The position numbers were made by a program, and so were the translations under genes. Positions 10,098 to 22,381 of a stretch of DNA of 64,000 nt are shown piece by piece. The DNA is from Asterias rubens (taxonomy: Eukaryota). Location: assembly GCF_902459465.1 (NCBI RefSeq), contig NC_047076.1, forward strand, positions 13,020,001-13,084,000, given 5' to 3'. Each line of letters opens with the position of its first letter. Position 1 is the stretch's first letter. The notes below the pieces were generated by a model. The model was given only the letters and a program-made list of their open reading frames with translations. It was not told where the DNA came from and searched no databases.

Positions 10098-11213
10098 ATG
10101 GATATCAACGACTCGGAGACAATATTAAACTCTACGGCAGTTTCATGGACGGTCAACACAACAATGACCACAATGGCCAGCCTGTCTCTTCACAGCTATC
10201 CTGAAAGAGTCGTTGCAGGCTTTCTCTTCCTACTGATCGCGGTCATCAACATTACCGGTAACAGCATGGTCATTCTTGCTGTCATCTTCAGCAAGAAACT
10301 CCGAACATCAACAAATGTCTTCGTGGTAAGTCTCAGCTCTGCAGACCTGTTAGCAGGACTGGCAATGCCAATAAGTGCAGTTGCTTTACTCACCCCTGGC
10401 AACAGCTGGCCGGGGTCGACGGAAGCTCCTTGTTACATCGCAGGTTTGCTCTTGTACACAAGTTCTAGTGCCAGTCTTTTCAACCTCGCTTCCATCGCTC
10501 TCAATAGGTTGATTCTTATCAAGAGCCCAATGAAATGGTACCGTATTCTGTACACCAAATGCAACCTCGTTATCAATGTCGTTGTCATATGGATTGTCGC
10601 CATTGCCATCATGACGGTCCCTCCACTTTTAGAAATTGGCAGCTTTGGCTACGACAAGCAGCACCATACATGTAGCGACCTCGACACCCACCTGAAGGCC
10701 AAGACGTTTGAAAGGATTCAAACTTTTGCCTCCTACCCCATCCCATTTATCATCATCATCACCAGTTACATCATCATCTTCGTTCACGTCCGTCGTCACT
10801 TTAAGAAGCAAATAAGTAACGAAACCAACGTCACTAACCCAGGCACAGGCTCTTCCAGTTCTGGGGTCAATCCGACCTTCCAGACGTCAGACAGCACTGC
10901 CGTCTTGCGTGCCGGTCGCCTGGATCGCCTCATTCGACAACAACTCGAGATCACCAAAAATCTCTTTATGGCAGTTTGTGCTTTCTTCATCTGCATAACC
11001 CCTTACAGCGTGGCCCTCTTCATTCCGAACAACGACCGTTTCCTGTTGTTTGGAGGTGTGGTCTTCTTGTGCAACAGCTGCGTCAACCCAATTATATACG
11101 CAGCAAAGCACCCACAGTTTAAGAAGGTTCTGCGTCTAATGCTGCGATGCAAACATTCAGAGATAGAAGAGCCGTCGGATGCCTTGAAAAAACTGACGGC
11201 TTGTTGCAAATAA
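10098..11213 (+). CDS. Class A GPCR, paralogue C copy 1, 371 aa
   Basis: Same 7TM motifs. 5'UTR acceptor tttgcag| at 10049; candidate exon 1 with TCAGTT initiator (9606) and AAAG|GTTAGT donor (9657). Confidence 0.95.
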   Translation: MDINDSETILNSTAVSWTVNTTMTTMASLSLHSYPERVVAGFLFLLIAVINITGNSMVILAVIFSKKLRTSTNVFVVSLSSADLLAGLAMPISAVALLTPGNSWPGSTEAPCYIAGLLLYTSSSASLFNLASIALNRLILIKSPMKWYRILYTKCNLVINVVVIWIVAIAIMTVPPLLEIGSFGYDKQHHTCSDLDTHLKAKTFERIQTFASYPIPFIIIITSYIIIFVHVRRHFKKQISNETNVTNPGTGSSSSGVNPTFQTSDSTAVLRAGRLDRLIRQQLEITKNLFMAVCAFFICITPYSVALFIPNNDRFLLFGGVVFLCNSCVNPIIYAAKHPQFKKVLRLMLRCKHSEIEEPSDALKKLTACCK

Positions 11214-12521
11214 ATCAAGAGACCAAACTTTTATCTGAAAATGTTTTTGTTACATTATTCAAGATAACCACATGAGGTTGGACGAAACATTCATAGTTTG
11301 GTGCCGCTTCAACATGATGAGACTTTGTTTGAAGCATATACGGATTTATTTTAACATATAAGTATACATATTTTATAATCTGTTTTCCCGATACTTTCTC
11401 GGGTTCGTTGACCCCAAAAAAAACAGAAGAGGCAAATCACTCGGGTGGATTCGAGTTATCATAATGCCCTTTACATAATGGCTAAAAGCACGCAATTATA
11501 CACAGACAGGAAGAAAAATGGTGAACAGAAAACTAGCCAAGCTTCTTGTTTCAGGCCAGTGCCAATACGTGTTCTGTATGGAGTACTTTTAGTAAACAAT
11601 GTATTATGGATGCGGTTGTTTGGTTACGCGTTATTAACAGAATTATCATAACTAAACTTCAGATCTCCTAGTTGTTTCATGCCAATGCACGTACCAAAAT
11701 GGGCATACATCCGTTCTGTATTACGGAGTTCTAGTAAACAATGCACAGATTATAAATACTTTGTTGTTTGATTATGAGTGGTTAGTTACAGATCATGTTA
11801 TGTTATTATTCAGAATTATCATATGAACACATTTAATCAGATATTCTTAATGTCTTTTTACTGCAGGCTAACGGTTTTGTTTATTTTGTTACATAGCCTA
11901 CTATTGACTTTAAATATGAATGCATTCTCTTTTATTTTAAGCTCTGTGATTTTTGTTTTGGCAGCTATTTACTGTCTCCATGAATTAGGGGGCCTACAGG
12001 TGTAATTCAAATTATGGAACTATCATGAGGAAGTAACTTCATCTGTTGCATTACTGTTTTGATTTTTTGATTTTTTTCTATTGTTTAGTTATTAAAAAAC
12101 ATCTGAAGTTTATGTTATGTTTATGTTAGTTGTCATACTTTAAATCCATAGCTTGGGTTCAAATCCGTTATGTGTACATACGAAACACTACAAACAAGGA
12201 AATACCTTAGGCCTAATATCAAACTTATTTGTACAATTTCCCCCGAATTTCAACGTTTTCATAAAATGGTGACAGTGCGTTCATTTTTGACTGTCCTAAC
12301 AAACCCTATACTGTCACCTCATTCTGGGTATAACTTTGCTATTCATACTTCTTATCTGTCTGCCTTTTGTAAAATCTAGATGTACCCATGGTGCTCTTTA
12401 TTATACCTTTCCTCTTGATGGTTTCAGTTAAATGTTTATAAAGGTTTTTAGGGCTTTATCATGTTTGTATTTTTGTGTGAATTGTCAAATAAAAAAACCA
12501 CAATAAACTATTTTAAACAAA

Positions 12522-15500
12522 AATTTGTGAGTCACTGCTCATAGTCTCTCCAATTTATATTGGTATCACCATTTCATATAATGCGCTATATAAATGGAAA
12601 TTATTATTATTATTATTATTTGATTCATAATGGATGAAACGTACTGCATATCGTTTGCTCAGTATACTCCCCTTGGTTCATAGCCACCAAGTGTTTCTAG
12701 AAAAGAAACTTTGAAAAGATATAAATGTCCCACTTCTTCTAGATCCCTTCCCTATAATCCTTTGCCCCTCTTTTTACTGGATATGTTGTTTGAACCTGGT
12801 TATGCCTCTGAAGAATGTCCGGTTTTAATCGAAAGCGGAGGCCGTCCATAAAGGAATAAGTACATATATTCCTCCATGGGCCATCTACCCTACTCATTTT
12901 ATTCACAATGTCGTACACCGAGTTGGGTTTTTAATGTTAACTTTAAAACCGTCTATTTCCTTATACGTCTATAAAAAGTACTTGGCAAACAACTCTTCAA
13001 ACATTCCAACTTAACAAAACTTCAAGGTTTTTTACCAAAGTACCCTGGAAAACAAGGTTTGTCCAAATAAACAAGTTCAAACTGGGTTTCGATTCTTTTA
13101 TTAGAGTACATGTATACATAATACGCCTATATGATTCTTTAGTGACTCGCATTCCTTCTATACAGTATTATTATTCTCACCTTTCGAAATGTTCTCCAGG
13201 CTTATTTGCATATATTTTGTTACCACCAAGCCTTTTGGTAGTTTTTCAAAGCAAAACCATGGGACATGCTAAATGATTCTGAACCTGCTAGTGACGTTGA
13301 CTGTATAATACGCGAACGATCGGCAACGGTAAATCTGAGGAAATGTTGTTGTGATTTGGTGCGGGCCACAAACGTGGTATAAAATAATTAGCTGTGGTGT
13401 TGTCTGAAAAGGGGTTAGCTGTTTTTATGTTATGCGGTCATAACTTCTGTTTTTAGAAAGAGAAAGTCAGCTTAATTAGTTCTGGGCATGGAGGACCTAG
13501 GGCTTCCGATCCATACGTTCTTCTTCTAAATTTGAATCTGAACTATGCAGTCGGCAAAGCGTCTAAATGGAATCATGGCTGCCAAACCTTGGGAAATACT
13601 GAATGTCACCTGCCAGTGACGTTGATTGTATCAATACGCGAACAATCGACAGCCAGAAGACTGATTTCATGTATTTGAGTAAAACTTACTATTGCACTCA
13701 AAGTTAATGCCGAGGCAATGTTGCTTCGATGTTGTTGACTTCAAACGTTGTGTAAAAGTTGAGCTGTGGTGTGGTTTGACAAAGGCAAGGTGTTTTTGTA
13801 GGCAATGCAGTCCTGGACTGTTTCGAAAGATCGAAAGAGAACAACCAGCTTAGGATGTTGGGCATGGGTGACCTAGAGCTTACATTCCAAAATTTTCTTC
13901 TGAACTTGAATTGGAATTATGTAGTAGGCAAAGCATTTCATTTCATTTCAAAATGTTATATTAAATAGAACATGAATCGCAGCCAAAAGCTGAATTACTC
14001 ATGGTTTACAATTAAAACAGCGACAAAGAAAAAAGAGAAGAAAAAAAATTAATTTGCATTAGCACCGTATTGAATCTTCACACAAACTTGTTGTAAAGAA
14101 GACAAGGAAGAAGTTTCCGTTTTAGACGTGGGAGAACACAAATCCTATTCATAAGGAAAACCCAAGGAGCCAGGTAGGGACCGAAAACCCCAAATCAAGA
14201 TCCAAGACTCCGGTTCGGGAATCGAACCGGGGTTCAGTGGGCATGCATAAACTATGGGGAAACTGAGTTTTGCTTAATGGTAAAACGACCTCAGCTCAAA
14301 TACACCAGCTGTGGTAGGGATACCAACTTTGGTAAGAAAGCCCACACATACCATTCCCTTTTCGAATAAAACCCATATTGTTTCCATTTTTATAACTATA
14401 ATAAAAACTAAAAAGTTGTTAATTTCAGACATGACCGTTTTTAGCGTGACATAAAGTCTTGTGTTTCACTTTGTGCCTCTCGGATTAAACTATACTTGAC
14501 ACATCTCGTAGTTGAAATACAAGAAACAACAAGTATTTGTACTACAAAATTCTCCACATAACTTCCTTACAATTTTTTATTTTTCAAGGAGTTTTCTCAA
14601 CTGAGAACAATGACTGTGAACACAAAATGGATATCAACGAGACAACTTCAAACTCTACGACTGTTTCATGGCTGCCGAACACAACAATGACTACAACGAG
14701 TATCTCGGCTGTCCATAGCTATCCTGTAAGAGTCGTCTTGGGTGTTTGCTTCATCCTGATATCGGTCACTAGCATTACTGGTAATAGCATGGTCATTCTT
14801 GCTGTCATATTCAGCAAGAAACTCCGAACATCAACTAATGTCTTCGTGGTAAGCCTCAGCTCTGCAGACCTTATGACAGGCCTGGCAATGCCAATGAGTG
14901 CAGTTGCGCTGATCTCCCCTGGTAATAGCTGGCCGTGGTCGACGGAAGCTCCTTGTTACAACGCAGGCTTGCTTCTATACACAATTTGTGAGTCACTGCT
15001 CATAGTCTCTCCAATTTATATTGGTATCACCATTTCATATAATGCGCTATATAAATGGAAATTATTATTATTATTATTATTTGATTCATAATGGATGAAA
15101 CGTACTGCATATCGTTTGCTCAGTATACTCCCCTTGGTTCATAGCCACCAAGTGTTTCTAGAAAAGAAACTTTGAAAAGATATAAATGTCCCACTTCTTC
15201 TAGATCCCTTCCCTATAATCCTTTGCCCCTCTTTTTACTGGATATGTTGTTTGAACCTGGTTATGCCTCTGAAGAATGTCCGGTTTTAATCGAAAGCGGA
15301 GGCCGTCCATAAAGGAATAAGTACATATATTCCTCCATGGGCCATCTACCCTACTCATTTTATTCACAATGTCGTACACCGAGTTGGGTTTTTAATGTTA
15401 ACTTTAAAACCGTCTATTTCCTTATACGTCTATAAAAAGTACTTGGCAAACAACTCTTCAAACATTCCAACTTAACAAAACTTCAAGGTTTTTTACCAAA

Positions 15501-17445
15501 GTACCCTGGAAAACAAGGTTTGTCCAAATAAACAAGTTCAAACTGGGTTTCGATTCTTTTATTAGAGTACATGTATACATAATACGCCTATATGATTCTT
15601 TAGTGACTCGCATTCCTTCTATACAGTATTATTATTCTCACCTTTCGAAATGTTCTCCAGGCTTATTTGCATATATTTTGTTACCACCAAGCCTTTTGGT
15701 AGTTTTTCAAAGCAAAACCATGGGACATGCTAAATGATTCTGAACCTGCTAGTGACGTTGACTGTATAATACGCGAACGATCGGCAACGGTAAATCTGAG
15801 GAAATGTTGTTGTGATTTGGTGCGGGCCACAAACGTGGTATAAAATAATTAGCTGTGGTGTTGTCTGAAAAGGGGTTAGCTGTTTTTATGTTATGCGGTC
15901 ATAACTTCTGTTTTTAGAAAGAGAAAGTCAGCTTAATTAGTTCTGGGCATGGAGGACCTAGGGCTTCCGATCCATACGTTCTTCTTCTAAATTTGAATCT
16001 GAACTATGCAGTCGGCAAAGCGTCTAAATGGAATCATGGCTGCCAAACCTTGGGAAATACTGAATGTCACCTGCCAGTGACGTTGATTGTATCAATACGC
16101 GAACAATCGACAGCCAGAAGACTGATTTCATGTATTTGAGTAAAACTTACTATTGCACTCAACGTTAATGCCGAGGCAATGTTGCTTCGATGTTGTTGAC
16201 TTCAAACGTTGTGTAAAAGTTGAGCTGTGGTGTGGTTTGACAAAGGCAAGGTGTTTTTGTAGGCAATGCAGTCCTGGACTGTTTCGAAAGATCGAAAGAG
16301 AACAACCAGCTTAGGATGTTGGGCATGGGTGACCTAGAGCTTACATTCCAAAATTTTCTTCTGAACTTGAATTGGAATTATGTAGTAGGCAAAGCATTTC
16401 ATTTCATTTCAAAATGTTATATTAAATAGAACATGAATCGCAGCCAAAAGCTGAATTACTCATGGTTTACAATTAAAACAGCGACAAAGAAAAAAGAGAA
16501 GAAAAAAAATTAATTTGCATTAGCACCGTATTGAATCTTCACACAAACTTTTTGTAAAGAAGACAAGGAAGAAGTTTCCGTTTTAGACGTGGGAGAACAC
16601 AAATCCTATTCATAAGGAAAACCCAAGGAGCCAGGTAGGGACCGAAAACCCCAAATCAAGATCCAAGACTCCGGTTCGGGAATCGAACCGGGGTTCAGTG
16701 GGCATGCATAAACTATGGGGAAACTGAGTTTTGCTTAATGGTAAAACGACCTCAGCTCAAATACACCAGCTGTGGTAGGGATACCAACTTTGGTAAGAAA
16801 GCCCACACATACCATTCCCTTTTCGAATAAAACCCATATTGTTTCCATTTTTATAACTATAATAAAAACTAAAAAGTTGTTAATTTCAGACATGACCGTT
16901 TTTAGCGTGACATAAAGTCTTGTGTTTCACTTTGTGCCTCTCGGATTAAACTATACTTGACACATCTCGTAGTTGAAATACAAGAAACAACAAGTATTTG
17001 TACTACAAAATTCTCCACATAACTTCCTTACAATTTTTTATTTTTCAAGGAGTTTTCTCAACTGAGAACAATGACTGTGAACACAAAATGGATATCAACG
17101 AGACAACTTCAAACTCTACGACTGTTTCATGGCTGCCGAACACAACAATGACTACAACGAGTATCTCGGCTGTCCATAGCTATCCTGTAAGAGTCGTCTT
17201 GGGTGTTTGCTTCATCCTGATATCGGTCACTAGCATTACTGGTAATAGCATGGTCATTCTTGCTGTCATATTCAGCAAGAAACTCCGAACATCAACTAAT
17301 GTCTTCGTGGTAAGCCTCAGCTCTGCAGACCTTATGACAGGCCTGGCAATGCCAATGAGTGCAGTTGCGCTGATCTCCCCTGGTAATAGCTGGCCGTGGT
17401 CGACGGAAGCTCCTTGTTACAACGCAGGCTTGCTTCTATACACAA
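12522..17445 (+). repeat. Nested direct tandem duplication, period 2461 bp (12522-14984 / 14983-17445)
   Basis: Constant offset of 2461 (ATG 14627 vs 17088); junction tatacac-aa-tttgtgagtcac with a 2-nt microhomology. Confidence 0.93.
14627..15091 (+). pseudogene. Truncated chimeric GPCR-B (N-terminus to mid-TM3 fused in frame to intergenic DNA), 154 aa
   Basis: Identical to B through ...AGLLLYT, then ICESLLIVSPIYIGITISYNALYKWKLLLLLLFDS* read from duplicated non-coding sequence. Confidence 0.85.
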
Positions 17446-18224
17446 GTGCCTGTGCCAGTCTCTACAACCTCGCTTCCATCGCTCTCAATAGGTTGATTCT
17501 TATCAAGAGTCCTATGAAATGGTACCGTATTCTGTACACCAAATGCAACCTCGTTATTAATGTCGTGATCATATGGATTGTAGCATTTGCTATTCTGATA
17601 GTCCCTCCTCTTTGCGGCATTGGTGACTATGGCTACGGTAAGAAGCAGCACACGTGCTCAAACCTGGAGACCCACCCGAAGGCCAAAATGTTTGAAAGGA
17701 TTCAACTCTTCGCCGGTTACCCCCTCCCATTAATCATCATCATAACCAGCTATGTCATGATATTCTATCACGTCCGTCGCCACTTCAAGAAGCAGATGGA
17801 TGCGGCAACTGACACTAAGCACGAGTCTCTCGGCTCCGGGGACAACCCGACCTTCCAGAGGTCCGGGGACAACCCGACCTTCCAGAGGTCAGACAGCACT
17901 GTCGTCATATGTGCCGAACGCCGGGATCGGCTCAATCGACAACAACTCGAGATCACCAAAAATCTCTTCATTACAGTCTGTGCTTTCTTCATCTGTATAA
18001 CCCCTTACGCAGTGGCCCTTTACTTCCCGAACAACGAGAGTTTCCTGGTGATCGGTGGTGTGGTATTCCTCAGCAACAGCTTCCTCAACCCAATAATATA
18101 CGCAGCAAAACACCCGCAGTTTAAGAGGGTTCTGCGTCTGATCCTGCGATGTAAATACTCAGAGATAGAAGAGCCGTCGGATACCATCAAATACTTGACA
18201 GCCAAATGCTGTTGCAAATCATAA
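17088..18224 (+). CDS. Class A GPCR, paralogue B copy 2, 378 aa (protein identical to B1)
   Basis: ORF-track translations of B1 and B2 are identical; offset 11456. Confidence 0.95.
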   Translation: MDINETTSNSTTVSWLPNTTMTTTSISAVHSYPVRVVLGVCFILISVTSITGNSMVILAVIFSKKLRTSTNVFVVSLSSADLMTGLAMPMSAVALISPGNSWPWSTEAPCYNAGLLLYTSACASLYNLASIALNRLILIKSPMKWYRILYTKCNLVINVVIIWIVAFAILIVPPLCGIGDYGYGKKQHTCSNLETHPKAKMFERIQLFAGYPLPLIIIITSYVMIFYHVRRHFKKQMDAATDTKHESLGSGDNPTFQRSGDNPTFQRSDSTVVICAERRDRLNRQQLEITKNLFITVCAFFICITPYAVALYFPNNESFLVIGGVVFLSNSFLNPIIYAAKHPQFKRVLRLILRCKYSEIEEPSDTIKYLTAKCCCKS

Positions 18225-21200
18225 ATAATTGAGAGGTCAGGATAAACAGAAGCTGGAATTTTTTGTTTGCTTTGTTATTATTGAAAATAATCACAATGAG
18301 GTTACTAGATGAAACATTGGTCTGTACCGCTTAAAAAGCTGGTACCCTGGTTTGGGGAATCAGTCCAAAAACGAGCAAGGCCAGTTTTGTACGTTTGTGT
18401 ATAAGTTTTCATACTTTATATCCATAGCTCAGTTCGAGTTCAAAGCATTTGTTTATAAAATAGTGCCTAACAATATTACTATATAGGAGAAATACTGATC
18501 AAAGTTATTGGTACAATTTTGCCCGGTTTTAAACGTATTCATGAACAGCATGCTTAACCAAGATGGCAGTACATGTTATATTAATGTTTCGTTTAAAGGT
18601 GTGAGGTTTGTTATTATGTAATAACTATTTTATATTAAATACAATTTATCGGAAACAACCGAATGCTTCTGTGCTTAATCAAGGGTACCGCATTCAACTA
18701 TTTCTGTGACGTCACTCTATTGATGAAAGTGTAGATTATTTTTAAGAATCTACACTTAACTGTAAATTTGTAATGAATGCATACACTCAATGGGAGACTT
18801 TTTGAAAGCTCTGCCACTAGAGGGCAGCAGACCTACCAGGTAAGGGTGCACAACTCGTACAGTAAACAATGGTAAATGCTAAAAATTCAAAAATACTCAA
18901 AAAATATTTAGAAGTCTCTCAGCCTCTTGAAAATTAAATCAGATACATTGTCATACAACTAAACTTAAGATTTCTTCTCAATTTTTGGTAGGTCAGCATT
19001 TTGGAATTTTTGCTAATTACCCGAGAAGAAACACTCCCAAAAACTCATGCACACCGCTTGTTATCGTTGGGGAACTCGTGTCCAGTACGTCCTGTTCCAG
19101 AACAGTTTGGTTTATGCTGGCAATGTGTTATGAACAACAAAATACAGTTTGGCTAAATCTAAAATACAAAATCAAAGACACGCAAAACACAAAGTATTTG
19201 CTGTCAGTGACCGTCACTCATGCTTCTCCTATTCCTAAAGTTGTTGACATTACCTGGTGAAGAGCGCCCTCTCTTGGTGATTGGCAGATAGTCAAAAGTT
19301 ACGAAATAAGGCATGAAAATAATCTCACTTTTCGAGTGAGAAATTTGTTTGCATGTAAAAACGTAAGTTATGGTATGTTGTTTACATGCTAAAACTTAGA
19401 ATAAAATTATTTCTGTAACATTGTTTTACTCATTTCTCAAAAATTACAGCACCTCAGCAGGTAATATTTTAGGGGAAGCTTTCTACTGTAATTATCTTCA
19501 ATCTGTTTAAGTTTAATGTAAATCCGTGGACATTGTGTGAAAAATGTACCCAGACCCTTTAATGGGTTGTTCTATTTTGTTATAATTCTTTAACATTGGT
19601 AACAACTGACACACCCCTCGTGACAGTGCCTTATGTACAAGCACTTTTGTCAGACAAACCAGGATTGTCATTTCTACTGTACTTAGTCCAGTTTGTTTTC
19701 CAACTTCTTCTGCCTGCCCCTGTACCATCTTGATGGTTTCCGTTCAATGTTTTTAGAGCTTTATTATACTAATGGTATACTGTATTTTGTGTAAATTGTC
19801 AGATAAATAATAATACAAAACTATTTTATAAACACTTTGTGAGTAACTGATGGTGTTTTAAACTATAATGATATAATTATTTTTATAAGCAATTATCTTT
19901 CTCAAAAATAGTTAGTAATGGGATTGTATTGTATTGTATTATATTGTATTGTATTGTATCATGTTTTATTCCAAACTGGAACATACCCCCACAACCTTGG
20001 GGAGGGTAACAATGTTATAACAATAATGTAGCATGTATAGCCTAGCCTTGAGATATTTCTCAATAGAAAAAAAAAATCATAGTTTTGGAAGTGAATTTTC
20101 TTTTGGATCGATTTCCACTTCAAAATAGTGTTATTCTTGTGATGACAATGTGCTCACATGGTCATCCGTTCATTGTATAATTTGAAAGACTTGCTATAAT
20201 TATGTTCTTACTGTTGTATTCAGTCATAGACTCTTGCTCACATTATAGGCAACTGGTAATTCTAGACAGAAAATATCGAGCAAACAATAACTGCAGTGAC
20301 ACTTTTTGAGGACGTCTTGTTTGATGATGTTACATCCTAGCTCACATGACATTGGTCGCACCTTTTTTCTATTGTACACACACACAAATACCCGGGAAAA
20401 CAAGTTTCGATATAGTGCAATTGTAAACTATAGCGGCACGATCTTTGATATTGCTCGTCTTTATTATAAAAATGTATACTTGAACAATATTATTGTTTTG
20501 AAATAAGGAAGTAAGGACCCTTTATTTTTCTGTGGTTTCATTGGCTATATCCTTTACCTATACGTCATACTTTCGTTTTACATGTAATTGTACTTATTGG
20601 TTCTTATTGGTAATAAACCAGACAAACTTCCGGGAAACTTGCCCGTGATCTTGGCGGTCTGTATTTAAGCAGCCGCGATTAAGCGACTGACTCCATACCA
20701 TAGATTGACCAACAACTTCAAGCAATCCAGATACATGTATCCTGATATTGCTGTTCGTTTGTTGAAACATTCAGTTCTAGAAAGTTGGTTTAAAGTTAAG
20801 CGGTTCTGTCTGGACAATAAAGGTTAGTTGTTTAATTAATTAATTCAGAATTTTATGTTTGTTTTTTATTTCAAAAGAGCCTATTTGAATCAATGTGTTG
20901 TCCCTTTTCGTTAACTGTTTCCGAACTGTCTGTGATGGGTAATTCAAGTCAGAAGTCCAGCTATTAAATACCGAGTTTGGCACGGTCCAACTTTGGTTAT
21001 CAAAGCTCACACTGCTCCCTTAATATAACACCCAGGGTAGCCTTTGTTTATATAATTATATGGATAAAGTATGGACGTACCGGGATACAGTTTTTAGTTT
21101 TTTGTTTTTCGAATAACAGACTGAGTTCAAACATCTCGAGGTTGAAAGAAACCTAATTACAGAGAACATTAAATTTTTAGTTTTAACATTTAGTTTTTTT

Positions 21201-21265
21201 ACTTTGTCACTTTGCAGATTTATAAGTGATTTTTCTCATAAGCACAAGGATACCAAACTAAACTC

Positions 21266-22381
21266 ATGGATATCAACGACTCGGAGAAAATATCAAACTC
21301 TACGGCAGTTTCATGGACGGTCAACACAACAATGACCACAATGGCCAGCCTGTCTCTTCACAGCTATCCTGAAAGAGTCGTTGCAGGCTTTCTCTTCCTA
21401 CTGATCGCGGTCATCAACATTACCGGTAACAGCATGGTCATTCTTGCTGTCATCTTCAGCAAGAAACTCCGAACATCAACAAATGTCTTCGTGGTAAGCC
21501 TCAGCTCTGCAGACCTGTTAGCAGGACTGGCAATGCCAATAAGTGCAGTTGCTTTACTCACCCCTGGCAACAGCTGGCCGGGGTCGACGGAAGCTCCTTG
21601 TTACATCGCAGGTTTGCTCTTGTACACAAGTTCTAGTGCCAGTCTTTTCAACCTCGCTTCAATCGCTCTCAATAGGTTGATTCTTATCAAGAGCCCAATG
21701 AAATGGTACCGTATTCTTTACACCAAATGCAACCTCGTTATCAATGTCGTTGTCATATGGATTGTCGCCATTGCCATCATGACGGTCCCTCCACTTTTAG
21801 AAATTGGCAGCTTTGGCTACGACAAGCAGCACCATACATGTAGCGACCTCGACACCCACCTGAAGGCCAAGACGTTTGAAAGGATTCAAACTTTTGCCTC
21901 CTACCCCATCCCATTTATCATCATCATCACCAGTTACATCATCATCTTCGTTCACGTCCGTCGTCACTTCAAGAAGCAGATAAGTAACGAAACCAACGTC
22001 ACTAACCCAGGCACAGGCTCTTCCAGTTCTGGGGTCAATCCGACCTTCCAGACGTCAGACAGCACTGCCGTCTTGCGTGCCGGTCGCCTGGATCGCCTCA
22101 ATCGACAACAACTCGAGATCACCAAAAATCTCTTTATGGCAGTTTGTGCTTTCTTCATCTGCATAACCCCTTACAGCGTGGCCCTCTTCATTCCGAACAA
22201 CGACCGTTTCCTGTTGTTTGGAGGTGTGGTCTTCTTGTGCAACAGCTGCGTCAACCCAATTATATACGCAGCAAAGCACCCACAGTTTAAGAAGGTTCTG
22301 CGTCTAATGCTGCGATGCAAACATTCAGAGATAGAAGAGCCGTCGGATGCCTTGAAAAAACTGACGGCTTGTTGCAAATAA
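21266..22381 (+). CDS. Class A GPCR, paralogue C copy 2, 371 aa
   Basis: Differs from C1 by T8K, L10S and I>N in RL(I/N)RQQ, plus about five synonymous changes seen by eye. Confidence 0.95.
   Translation: MDINDSEKISNSTAVSWTVNTTMTTMASLSLHSYPERVVAGFLFLLIAVINITGNSMVILAVIFSKKLRTSTNVFVVSLSSADLLAGLAMPISAVALLTPGNSWPGSTEAPCYIAGLLLYTSSSASLFNLASIALNRLILIKSPMKWYRILYTKCNLVINVVVIWIVAIAIMTVPPLLEIGSFGYDKQHHTCSDLDTHLKAKTFERIQTFASYPIPFIIIITSYIIIFVHVRRHFKKQISNETNVTNPGTGSSSSGVNPTFQTSDSTAVLRAGRLDRLNRQQLEITKNLFMAVCAFFICITPYSVALFIPNNDRFLLFGGVVFLCNSCVNPIIYAAKHPQFKKVLRLMLRCKHSEIEEPSDALKKLTACCK

Larger units (their letters stand above)
3108..12110 (+). repeat. Tandem segmental duplication, copy 1 (~9.0 kb; carries GPCR-B1 and C1)
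   Basis: From gtttatgttagttgtcatac (3108) to atctgaagtt (12110); recurs at 12119-23270. Confidence 0.92.

Noticed and set aside
1779-22381. Receptors as opsins
   Set aside because: There is no retinal-binding Lys at the TM7 position (7.43) before NPxxY.
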